Source: Phoronis australis
Lineage: Eukaryota > Animalia > Phoronida
DNA length: 64,000 nucleotides
Direction: 5' to 3'
Assembly (NCBI GenBank): GCA_002633005.1
Contig: NMRA01000608.1
Location: 167,850 to 231,849 of the forward strand
The notes beneath the pieces were generated by a model. That model was given only the letters and a program-made list of their open reading frames with translations. It made no database searches and was not told where the DNA came from. The position numbers and the translations under genes were made by a program. This document shows, one piece after another, positions 12,852-24,680 of this stretch; positions within the stretch are counted from its first letter, which is position 1; every line of letters starts with the position of its first letter.

Positions 12852-13809
12852 GTAATAGCGTATGTTTTGTGAAAGAATAAAGATATGTTTAAAATTTATG
12901 TGCCATTATTACGTTGCCACCTTTCTTATGTAAGGTACACTCATTGAAAAATAGCCCCCTGGCCAATTTTAATGAAATTGACCTTTAAATGAGAACTTCA
13001 CAATTATTCCCGGTCCTCAAAAATCTAATACAGTTTTTTTTCTCCTAGTAAAGTGTGTGTCCTGTAGGCAATAAATGAAGTACTCCTTTTCTCTTGTTTT
13101 TCATGGAGACCCATCCCTCTGCTATTCAATTAGATTATAATTAAATTCACCCGTCATCATTATAACACTTATGCAGCAAATTACAATCAAACATCGATAA
13201 ACGTAGCGGTACAGGCCTGACCCATTCACACCACAGACGCACAAAACAGAACAAAAACAATACAAACACATCCACAAGCACATCATAGATTTCACAGAAT
13301 ACAATATCAATGTGAAGTACATGTATGATGTAACACAGGATAGAAAACATAGGAAAATTGATCCTCGTGGCAAGGCTTATTCTCCCAGTATTTTTTATAA
13401 TGAAACTTTATAATAAAAAACAACGGTTCTCATACAAAAACAGGTAGAAAGATTAAGGTTAATTACATTGCAGGCCCCCTACGAAGGAAAAAATTATTGG
13501 GNGGAATTCCTTACAAAGAACTCATAGTAATCATCTTTACAAGAGATACTAGTCTTGTGATAATATGGGAAACAGTAAAATTATGTTATAACTAAACATC
13601 GGAAATAGTCCTTTTGTGTAATTAACAAAATAACGGTCTACACGTTCTTTAAAATTCCTGACTTACTTATGATGGCGGTCAATCCTTCTGTATTTTTAAA
13701 ACTTGTTGGTTGTTTGGGTCGAATGTCTTGATACTGCTGTGCTGTGCATGAATGTTTTGCGGGTTTTTTTTGATGAATTTCGAATCACAACTTCCCTCGT
13801 GAATATCAA

Positions 13810-14520
13810 AAAGGACCCCCCAAAAAGGAGGTACCACACAAAACCAATTCCATATGATTCAATACATGTCACAGATCACTTAATGCCCTATGACAGAAAA
13901 CTTACCCTCTGCAGTGTTCCCGGCAGAAACCCCCAAAAATCTCAACCACTGTATGCCATCAAAATTTGAGCTAGACTAGATTTTCGAAGTACCGGCCAAA
14001 ACTGATTTTAAACGAACAATAGTACCGCACTGAGCACCAAATGACCCATGACAGACAAATTGCACTCTGGAATGGGTCCAGCAGAAACCAAAAAAGGATC
14101 ACCCCCCAAAAAAATGAGCTAGCACATACATTTGAGGTATCACACAAAACCAATTCCATGAGGTTCAGTACATGTCACAGGTCACTAAATGCCCTATGAC
14201 AGACAAAATACACTCTGGATTGTGTCTCAAAAATCTCAACCACAATATATGCTTTGAGGTACATTAGATACCCGAGGTACCGGCTAAAACTGACTTAAAA
14301 CCAATAATCCACCAGATGACCCATGACAGACAACAAATTGTGCACTGGAAGGCGTTCGCCAGAAACTCAAGTACACCGTAAAAGAAGCTAGATCATTCGG
14401 GGTACCACAATAAACAGTTCCATGTGATTCAAATAGATGTTACTGGTTACCAAATACGCTGACAGTTAAAACCCAGTGTGGGTTGTGCTCGACAGCCCCA
14501 GAAATCTCAACTACCGGTAA
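13810..14520 (+). repeat. Array of ~305-bp diverged units, left arm of an inverted-repeat structure
   Basis: GAGGTACCACACAAAACCAATTCCAT...ATGACAGA...AAAAATCTCAACC recurs at ~13828, ~14134 and ~14400; inverted relative to 15650-16240. Confidence 0.8.
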
Positions 14521-15009
14521 GTAATATTAGATAATGAGTTTATACTTTTGGGTCTACTGAGCTCTCACACTGGATGTCAAATGGATGATGGCAGAGAGTA
14601 AGCATTTTGGAAAGTACCTGATAACAGTAAAACTTAGGGATACCAGGAACTGTCTAAAACCAACCCACACAGTGAAGTTTAAGAACGCAGATTCTGTAAA
14701 ATATAAAACGCTACCAAAACTGCCAGCAGAAAGGATACGTCAGCGACAACACATGGCCCCTAAATTTGCGCTAGATCGAGGAACCACGAAAATTATTTCC
14801 AAGGAGCCCTTTCATCCCATTGACTACTAAACAATACGCTGAAAGAAAAGTAACAGACGTGTTTTTAAAAACATTCTTTAATCAAAATAAACTACATGAA
14901 ATAGAGCAACACTTTCAAACAGCATTATAACAGATAATTAAAATCACTGTATCGACGAGAACATCAAGCTACTATATGTTTAATGTCAACAGTAGTTTCC
15001 TGTTAGTTT

Positions 15010-15360
15010 TTAATACGTTTCAATATCAGATTTGTCACTGCTACTCCAGTTTGATTCGGGCTCGCTTGTTTCGTCATAGCCCATTTTCTTTACCTCTTGA
15101 TCGGCTTGATTTTCTTGTAAAAGACCAGCACCTTCAAAAAGGACATCAGGAACGGTAGATCCACAAAACCATTTGGGAGTGTAGTATCCAACTTGTACCT
15201 TCCAACCGTAGGTAAGAGGATCCAAACCGTTTCCAGGATCGGCCGAATCGATTTGGCCCCAAAGCAAGGCAACATAATGGGCTCGTTTCAGCTTGTTCAA
15301 TAGTGTCTTTCGGCAAGGAGGAAGCAATGCGCAGTCAATCTTCTTGATGTTGGACATCGT
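15010..15360 (-). pseudogene. Isolated 3' fragment of a second, divergent Academ-type gene
   Basis: KIDCALLPPCRKTLLNKLKRAHYVALLW..DPGNGLDPLTYGW..PKWFCGSTVPDVLF plus an acidic tail aligns by eye with RIDYALLPPCLRSLEMKICRTQYVTALW..YPGDGLTPTDYGW..PVWFEGSILPDILF at 9297-9665. Confidence 0.85.
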
Positions 15361-15649
15361 AGAATGTTTTATTGACAAGGGACCAACTGTCTAAAAGCTG
15401 ACGAACAAAAACATAAAACCCATGCGCACACCCAGCCTTTAGTTTTTTGGGGGGGGCTCAAATTTCTGACCAAGTGGATCTTTTGCTGACAGAAAAGCTG
15501 GAGGACTAAAAAACGGGGTACCACCCTGAGTACTGTGCGTCTGCGTCTTTTTAGTGGACTTTTTGTCTCGTTTCCACGGACTGTTTGTTTCTCTGAGGCG
15601 GACCTTTTTGTCCACTTCGCCAAATGGGGGGGGGGGCTCGTTCGAGCAT

Positions 15650-16240
15650 ACCGTGGTTGAGATTTTTGAGGGTTTCTGCCAGGCACAATCCAGAGTGTAT
15701 TTAGTCTGCCGGTCATAGGGCATTTAGTGACCTCTGACATGTATTGAATATCATGTCATTGTTTTTTTGTGGTATCTCGAATGTATGTGCTAGCTCATTT
15801 TTAGGAGGTCTTATTTGGTTTCTGCCGGACCCATTCCAGAGTGCAGTTTGTCTGTCATGGGTCATTCAATGTTCAGTGCGGTACTATTGTTCCTTTTAAA
15901 TCAGTTTTGGCGGGTACCTCGAAAATCTAGTCTAGATCAAATTTTGATGGCATACCGTGGTTGAGATTTTTGAGGGTTTCTGCCGGGCACAATCCAGAGT
16001 GTATTTTGTCTGTCATAGGGGTTTTAGTGATCTGTGGCATGTATTTAATCACATGGAATTGGTTTTGTGTGGTACCTCGAATGTATGTGCTAGTTCATTT
16101 TTGGAGCGTCCTTCTGTCGGACCCATTCCAGAGTGCAATTTGTCTGTCATGGGTCATTCGGTGTTCAGTGCGGTACTATTGTTCGTTTTAAATCAGTTTT
16201 GGCCGGTACCTCGAATATGTAGTCTAGCTCATTTCCTGGG
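15650..16240 (-). repeat. Two ~305-bp units, right arm, inverted relative to 13810-14520
   Basis: CCGTGGTTGAGATTTTTGAGGGTTTCTGCC at 15651 and 15955. Confidence 0.8.
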
Positions 16241-16649
16241 CCTTTTGTAAGTCCCCCAGGGGTCACACCCAGAGTGCAGACAACGGCAGACGTCCATTTC
16301 TGTACATACTGAAGTGGACTCTAAATGCTCCCGTGGTCAGATGTTGGTACCTCGTTCATCTATGCTAAGTGCTCTGGGCTGCCGGTCTATATCAGCCAAA
16401 ATGAATTTATTCAAGCCGTTCAATCTCTGTAAAACAGTTATCCCGGCGTCTAAAATCTAACTTTAGTTATTTAACCAAATTTGAAGATTAAGATTTTTTG
16501 GAGCATGGTCCAAGATTATTTACCATACCTCTATATAAAAGGAGACTAGAGTAACCCAAGCAACTGCACAGGGGAATGTCTTTACAGTATAGGTAAGAAC
16601 ATCCAGTGTAGGGCGAACTTCGCTGAATTCATGCGCCCTTTCGTCGGCT

Positions 16650-17022
16650 TTGAGGCCGTATGAACTCGACCCACTTGCACGAAAAATGCTGGAGACGTAG
16701 ATGAGGCACAACCAACTGAGCCAAGGGTTGGTCTAAACACAATGCATTAGCCTACGTGTCGTAGCGCTCGATCGGGGCCTGGGTCGAGGGCCTGGCATAA
16801 CTAGCCCCAGAATAGAAACAGTTTGTTACTCACAAAATTTGCAGCCATACTTCACGAACTCCGGTAAAAGAGTGACTCAAACCACGAGGTCTTGGGTTTT
16901 CAATGACTAGCGAACAGATAACTTACAGTAGACGCCACTATGGACAGTCAGAATATGAATAGTGACTCTCGCTGGTTTGAGCTCCGGACTCCTGTTTGGG
17001 AGACCCGGGTGCGAATCCTGGC
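16650..17022. mobile_element. Possible tRNA-derived SINE relics (minus strand ~16655-16730; plus strand ~16960-17022)
   Basis: On the minus strand an A-box-like TGGCTCAGTTGG is followed ~40 nt later by a degenerate B-box GGGTCGAGTTC. On the plus strand there is GACCCGGGTGCGAATCCTGGC. No full cloverleaf seen. Confidence 0.3.
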
Positions 17023-17169
17023 TTTACTAATGGCTGACAATCGAGCATTGCACGAAGGTGTCTCCTGCTATTCTCCTCTTAGCTCCGTCTTACTAGTGAC
17101 TGTACGTAAGGAAATGAATGAGAACTTGGATATAATGAGAAAGTGATTTCCGGGGCTGTGTTCATATCA

Positions 17170-20100
17170 TTACTCTGCGCGTGTAAACGCAGAGTACTGT
17201 TGTTCCTGGGTTTTCTTCAATTTTATCACTTTGCGCGTGTAAGCGCAGAGTACTGTTGTTCCTGGGTTTTCTTCAATTTTAGTCTTCTTGTTACTCTGCG
17301 CGTACAAGCGCAGAGTACTGTTGCTCCTGGGTTTTCTTCAATTTTACTCTTATTCTTCTTATTCTTATTCTTCTTCCGACAAACTTTGAGGCTTAATAAC
17401 TCCAAACTAGGTGCAGGTACGTTCTTCCAATTCAGCATATGATTTTTGACAACACATAAATTTTGATTTATTATATAATCATATTCCATATTGCACCGGA
17501 AGAGGTCGTTTGGTGCAAAGGTCTAATAATTTTCAAAATGCTACTGCTCCTTCAGTTTTAAAGCTATCTTTTTCAAATTCGGTGCACAGGTATAAGTCAC
17601 ATGACGATTTAAAAAATACTTTTCTAAGTAATCGAATCATCCAATCCGATAAAACAGGTCAAAGGTCATTAGGTGCAAACTAAAATTTTGAGCTAGACAC
17701 TTCAAATTCACAAGTCTGATTGGTACGTCTAATTCAATTCGAAATACAAAGTTTCAGGTCATTTAGTACAACCATGGGGTCATTAGGTGCATTTTTCTTC
17801 AGAAAATTTGTCCTTTTCATTCACCAAGTATTCTGATGTGTCAACCGTTAGACAACTGTGATTCTCAGCATTAAATATACTTTTTACGGACTTTGCAATA
17901 GTTCTACTAAAAGGGCTTGTAATGCACTAGATCGGGTCAATTAGTACAAAGGTCATCTACTTTTGAAAAGGTTATTTCTCCTCCATTTTTCAAGGAATTC
18001 TCTTCAATTCCAGCACATTTGTGTTAACCTACATGCAAATTTAATACCGTACTTTAATAAGCAATAGGGACATCCCACCAGAAAAAATAGGTCAAAGGTC
18101 ATTGAGTGCAAACTAAAATTTTGAGCTAGACAGTTCAAATTCACAAATCTGTCTAATTAAATTCGAAATACAAAGTTTCAAGTCATTTAGTGCAACCATG
18201 GGGTCATTATGTGCAATTTTCTTTTGAAAATTTGTCCTTTTCATTCACCAAGTATTCTGATGTGTCAACCATTTGGCAACAGTGAATCTCAGCATTAAAC
18301 ACACTTTTCATGGGCTTTGCAATAATTCTCCTCAAGACGCTTATAACGAGTCGGATGGGGTCAATTAGTGCAAAGGTCCTCAAAATATAAACATGTTATT
18401 TCTTCTACAATTTTAAATAATCCCTTTTCATATTGGTAAACGGGTTGCTGTCAGTAACTTCCCATAACAATTATTTTAATATGCACGCGCAGAGTCAATT
18501 ATTGTCACGCCGTGACAATAATCTTTCTACTTCTTCTTATTCTTCTTCCGACCAACTTTGACACTTAATCACTCCAAACTGGGTGCAGGTTCATTATTTA
18601 AATTCAGCATATCATTTTTGACAGTACATAAATTTTGATTCGTTATACAATCATATTCCATATTGCACCGGAAGAGCTCAATTGGTGCAAAGGTCCTGTA
18701 ATTTTCAAAATGATACTCCTTCTTTATTTTAAAAACTATTCTTTTCAAATTCCGTACACAGGTATAAGTCAATAAGGCAATTTAAAAAATTACTTTTCTA
18801 AGTAATCGGGCCATCCAATCAGATAAAGCAGGTCAAAGGTAATTAGGTGCAAACTAAGATTTTGAGCTAGACACTTCAAATTCACAGGTCTGATTGGCAC
18901 AGGAAATTCAATTCGAAATCCAAAGATTGAGGTCATATAGGGCAAACATGGGGTCATTAGGTGCATTTTTCTTCTGAAAATTTGACCTTTTCAATCAGCA
19001 AGTATTCTGATGTGTCAACCGTCAGACAACTGTGATTCTCAGCATTAAACACATTTTTCATGGGCTTTGCAATAATTCTCCTTAAGATGGTTATAATGCA
19101 CCGGATAGGGTCAATTAGTGCAAAGGTCATGTAACGTTCAAAATGTTATATCTCTTACGTTTTTCAAGGAATTCTTTTCGATTTCAGCACACTTGGGTAA
19201 GTCAACATGCCAATTGAATACCTTACTTTACTTTGCAATAGGCCTAACTAATCAGAAAAAATAGGTCAAAGGTCATTGAGTGCAAAGTAAAACTTTGAGC
19301 CCGAGACTTCAAAATTATATATCTGTTTACTAAGTGCGATTGAGTTTGAATTCTAAATGTTCAGGTCATTTGGTGCACCTATGAGGTCATTAGGTGCATT
19401 TTTCATCTGAAAGTTTGACCAATTCATTCATCTTGTATTCTGAAGTGCTTAAAGTACATCATCTGTGATTTTTAGCATTAACCACACTTTCAATCGAGTT
19501 AACCATTACTCCTCATCGGGGCTCATAATGCACCGGAAGAGGTCAATTAGTGGAAAGGTCATCAAAAAATTAGTATGTAATTTATTCTACAATTTTAAAG
19601 AATTCCTTTTCATATTGGTAAATGGGTTGCTGTCAGTAACTTTCCATAATAATTCCAGTAATACGCACGCGCAGAGTCCGTTATTGTCACGCCGTAACAA
19701 TAATCTTTCTAGTTCTTATTATTACTATTCTTCTTTAATTTTCATATTGTTATTACTCCTACATTCATTCATTTAGAACAATATTATTCACTGTGATTGA
19801 TAAGATAGTTAAGGGATTTATATTGATATTTTTTGACCCTAAATGCACTAGCATGACCTGAAACGGGTCAACTAGTGCATTTTTTGAAAATGCTTCTTCT
19901 TCTACAGTTTTTTAGATAGACTCTTCGAATTTTGTTAACAAGTAGGGACTAAATAAGCGCATCAGAAATTTACACGGATTTCCAATCGGACCAAAAGAAC
20001 CGAGTTTCCGGGTCAAAGGTCATTAAGTGCAAAAGTGATTTTTGAACTAGACCTTTCATAATCATGCATATGATTACCATTCATAAAGGAAGTTCAGTCA

Positions 20101-23100
20101 AAAACTTTGGGGTCACTGGGTGCAACTGTGGGGTCATTAAGTGCACTTTTCTGTTAAATTTAAGACTTTTTCAATCAGCTTGTACTTAATTAATGCATTA
20201 GTGAGAGCATTCAAATTCATGGTGGTTCAACCAATTGCCGATCAAATTCTATTGATCCCATGGATGTGACTCAAAATGCACCGGATTGCCCCAAAAAGGG
20301 TCAAGGTGTGCAGTCCGTCGAATGGCTTCTCCTCCTACAGGTTTTTAGATAGACTCTTCAAATTTTGATAGCAAGAATGCACTAGAGATCTGCATCCCAA
20401 ATTTACTTGAAATTCCAATCGGATCAAAGGAACCGAGTTTCTGGGTCAAAGGTCATTAAGTGCAAAGGTGATTTTTGAGCTTCAGGTTTCATAATCATGC
20501 ATATGATTACCATTCATAAAGGAAGTGTTTAGTCACAAACGTTGGGGCCACTAAGTGCAGTTTTGTGTAAAATTTAAGACTTTCTAATCAGCTTGTACTT
20601 AAATGATGCATTAGGAAGAGCGTTCAAATTCATGGTGGTTCAACCAATTGGCGATCAAATTCTATTGATAATACGTGTAATGACCCAAAATACACTATAG
20701 GACAGCAAGAGGGTTAACCAATATAATTCTTTGAAGTGCTTCTCCTTCTGCGATTTTTGAGATTGCCTTTTAAATTTCGTGAACAGCTTGAAGCCATATA
20801 AGAGCACCCACAACTTACATGGAATTTCGATCTGATTAACTGAACCGAATTTCTTGGAGAAAGGTCAGTAAGTGCAAAAGAGATTTTTGAGCTAGACTCT
20901 ACATAATCATTTATATCATTTTCATTCGCAAAGGAAATCAATTCACAAATTTTAGGGCCATTAGGTGCAATTGTGGAGTCATTAAGTGCAGTTTTCTCCT
21001 GATAATCTAACTTTTCACTCTTGCTCTTTCATAGTTACCAGGGATATCTCTCTCTTTCACACAAAAGATGCAACTTCTATGCAATATAATGCGCCTGTAC
21101 TCCATTCTGCATGTGCGTACACCACGCGCAGAGTTGTAAGTGTGCATACGCAATTGCGTTCTAGTTCTCTTTCGTATTCTTCTTATTCTTCTTCCGACCA
21201 ACTTTGAGGCTTAATAACTCCAACTTGGGTGCAGGTACGGTCTTTATATTCAACATATGACCTTTTTACATTATATAGACTTTGATTCTTTATAAAATCA
21301 TTTTCCATATTGCACCGGAAGAGGTCGTTTGATGCGAAAGGCTACTCATTCTTCAGTTTACAAGCTATCTTTTCCAAATACGGTGCATAGGTAGAAGTCC
21401 ACAAGACAATTTAAAAAATTACTTTTCTAGGTAATCGAATCATCCAATCAGGTAAAAAAGGTCAAAGGTCATTAGGTTCAAACTAAAATTTTGCGCTAGA
21501 CACTTCAAATTCACAAGTCTGATTGGTAGTCTAATTCAATTCGTAATACAAAGTTTCAGGTCATTTAGTGCAACCATGGGGTCATTAAGTACATAATTCT
21601 TCTGAAAATTTGTCTTTTTCATTCATCGAATATTCTGATGAGTCGACCGTTAGACAACTGTGATTCTCAGCATTAAACAAACTTTTTACGGGCTTTGCAA
21701 TAATTCTCCTTAAATTACTTATAATGCACCGGATGGGGTCAATTAGTGCAAAGGTCATTTAACGTTCAAAATGTAAATATATCTCCTGCATTTTTCAAGG
21801 AATTCTTTTCAATTTCAGCACACTGGTGTAAACTAACATGTCAATCAAATACCCTATTTTACTAAGCAATGAGCCCGTCCAATCGGAATAAATAGGCCAA
21901 AGGTAACAAACTAAAATTTTGAGTTAGAGACTTCTAAATTACATATCTGTTTAGTAAATGCAATTGAGTTTGAATTCTAAATTTTCAGGTCATTAGGTGC
22001 ATTTTTCTTCTTAAAGTTTGACGAATTCTTTCATCTTGTATTCTTAAGTGCTTTAAGTAAGACATCTGTGATTCTTAGCATTAACCACACTTTTAATCGA
22101 GTTTACACTTATTCCCTCATCAGGGTTCATAATGCACCAGAAGGGGTCAATTAGTGCAAAGGTCATCAAAATATTAAGATGTATTTTTTCCTACAGTTTA
22201 AAAGAGTTCTTTTCATATAAGTAAACAGGTTGTTGTCAATGATATTCCATAACAAGTCCTGTAATACACACGCGCAGAGTCCATTATTGTCACGCCGTGA
22301 TTCGTTATATAATCATATTCCATATTGCACCGGAGGTGGTCATTTGGTACAAAGGTCATATAATTTTCAAAATGCTACTCCTTCTTTGCTTTAAAAGCTA
22401 TTCTTTCCAAATTCGGTACCCAGGTATAAGTCAATAAGGCAATTTAAAAAATTACTTTTCTAAGTAATCGGGTTATCCAATCAAGTTAAACAGGTCAAAG
22501 GTCATTAGGTGCAACCTAAGATTTTGAGCTAGACACTACAAATTCACAGGTCTGATTGGCACATGTAATTCAATTCGGAATACAAATTTTCAGGTCATTT
22601 AGTGCAACCATGAGGTCATGAGGTCTTATTCTTATACTTCTTCCCACAAACTTTGATGCTTAATAACTCCAGAATGGGTGCAGGTATGTTCTTTAAATTA
22701 AAGATATTAATATCAGCAATATATAAATTTTGATTTGTTACATAAGCATATTCCTTAATGCACCGGAAAAGGTCGTTTGGTGCAAAGGTCATATAATTTC
22801 CAAAATGCTACTCTTTCTTCAAATTTAAAGCTATCTTTTTGAAATCCGGTGCATAGGTATTAGTCAACAAGACAATTTAGAAAATTACTTTTCTAAGTAA
22901 TCGAGTCATCCAATCAGATTAAACAGGTCAAAGGTCGTTAGGTGCGAATTAAAATTTTGAGCTAGACACTTCAAATTCACACAACTTATTGGCACATGGA
23001 ATTCATATCGAAATCTAAAGTTTCAGGACCTTTGGTGCAACCATGAGGTCATTAGGTGCATTTTTCTTCTTAAAATTTGACCTTTTCATTCACCAAGTAT

Positions 23101-24059
23101 TCCAATGTGTCAGAAGTTAGACGACTGTGATTCTGAGCATTAAATACACGCAACACGGACTTTGCAATAATTCCACCAAAAGGCTTATAATGCACTGGAA
23201 GAGGTCATTTGGTGCAAAGGTCATATAGCTTTGAAAATGCTACTCTTTCTTCAGTGTAAAGGTATCTTTTTGAAATTCGGTGCACATAGGAATTAAAAAA
23301 TATTCTTTTCTAAGAATTCGAGTCATCCAATTAGGTTAAAGAGGTCAAAGGTCATTAAGTTCAAACTAAAATTTTGAACTAGACACTTCAAATTCACACA
23401 TCTGATTGGTACATGGAATTCAGATCGAAATTCAAAGTTTCAGGTCATTTTGGTGCAACCATGGGGTCATTAAGTGCATTATTCTTCTGAACATTTGAAC
23501 GTTTCGTTCACCAAGTGTTTTGATGTGCCAACAGTTGGAGAAGTGTGATTCTCAGCTTTAAACACAATTTTTACGGTCTTTGCAATCATTTTCCTAAAGA
23601 GGCTTATAATGCACCGGATACGGTCAATTAGTGCAAAGGTCATATAACTTTCAAAATGTAATTTCTTTTACATTTTCAAGGAATTCTCTTCAATTTCAGC
23701 ACACTGGTGTAAACCTACGTGTCAACCAAACATTCTACTTGACTAAGCAGTAGGATCATCCAATCAGATCCAAAGGTCAAAGATCATTGAGTGCAAGCTA
23801 AGATTTTGAGCCACACACTTCGAATTTTTGTTTAGTAAAGTGTAGATGAGTTTGAATTCCAATGTTGCAGGTCATTTGGTGCAACTATGGGGTCATTGGG
23901 TGTATTTTTCTTCTGAAAATTTGACCTTTTCATTCACCAAGTATTCTGATATGACAACATTTATACATCTGTGATTCTCAGCAATAATTACACTTTTCTA
24001 CTAAAAGGGATTGTAATGCACAGGATAGGGTGAATTAGTGCAAAGGTCATCCACTTTTG
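17170..24059 (+). mobile_element. Array 1 of non-autonomous Helentron-type (HINE/DINE-1-like) elements
   Basis: 5' hairpin ACTCTGCGCG-N-GCGCAGAGT (three stacked copies at ~17170, ~17226, ~17290), (TTCTTA)n microsatellite, internal AGGTCA-rich subrepeats. 3' sub-terminal inverted copy ACGCGCAGAGT followed by a stem-loop and CTA(G/C)TT at ~18530, ~19712 and ~21165; a truncated end at ~22300. Confidence 0.8.
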
Positions 24060-24061
24060 AT

Positions 24062-24287
24062 GATACACCAGTGAGTTGCATGTGCACTGATAACCTCTTG
24101 ACACGGAACTGTATTTAGAGTGACCTTGGTTATAGCTAGCACAACACTGATACACTGGTTCTTGTACTTCTGCATTACTGCAGTTGGCAATGCATATGCC
24201 ATCAGGTTGTACTACCTCACTAGCTATTGACAAAGACTTTTCCCATCTAGCTTCGGCAGACATTGATTGCTTACGTTTTCTAGGCAT
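24062..24287 (-). pseudogene. 5' fragment of a Helitron/Helentron-type protein with a herpes tegument deubiquitinase-like (peptidase C76) motif
   Basis: Starts MPRKRKQSMSAEARW, then ASYNQGHSKYSSVSRGYQCTCNSL (S-x-x-Q-G...G-x-Q-C-x-x-N-S pattern with the putative catalytic Cys); cut off by the HINE array at ~24060. Confidence 0.6.
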
Positions 24288-24465
24288 TTTGAAATGTACT
24301 CACTGATGTCCTCGTAATACAATACTAGGCAATTTCACAAGCAGCAGCAAAGAATGGAAATTTAAAGACAGCTATCTTTCAGATTATATGACAGTATGAC
24401 ACTCTGTGTTGTAGAACCACAGGAACGGATGCAGTTTTATGGAATTCAGTTTCGACGCCTTTACT

Positions 24466-24680
24466 TCTTTACCACTCGGTTTGCCAAAGAGGTCAACTAA
24501 AATCAAACTGAGCCTACGTTTGGGTGACCTAGTGTGTTTCTGATACCCACTCGGTTCTCCAAAGAGGTCAACTAAAGTCACAGGGAGCTCGTGCCTGGGT
24601 GACCTCTTGTGTTTCTGATAACCACTCGGTTCGCCAAAGAGGTCAACTAAAATCAAACCGAGCTTATGTCTGGGTGACTC
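24466..24680. repeat. Three 75-bp tandem units lying in an open minus-strand frame (ORF 24384-24752)
   Basis: CCACTCGGTT..CCAAAGAGGTCAACTAAA at 24472, 24547 and 24622; encodes 25-aa repeats SPR..L...LVDLFGEPSGYQKH.R. Confidence 0.85.
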
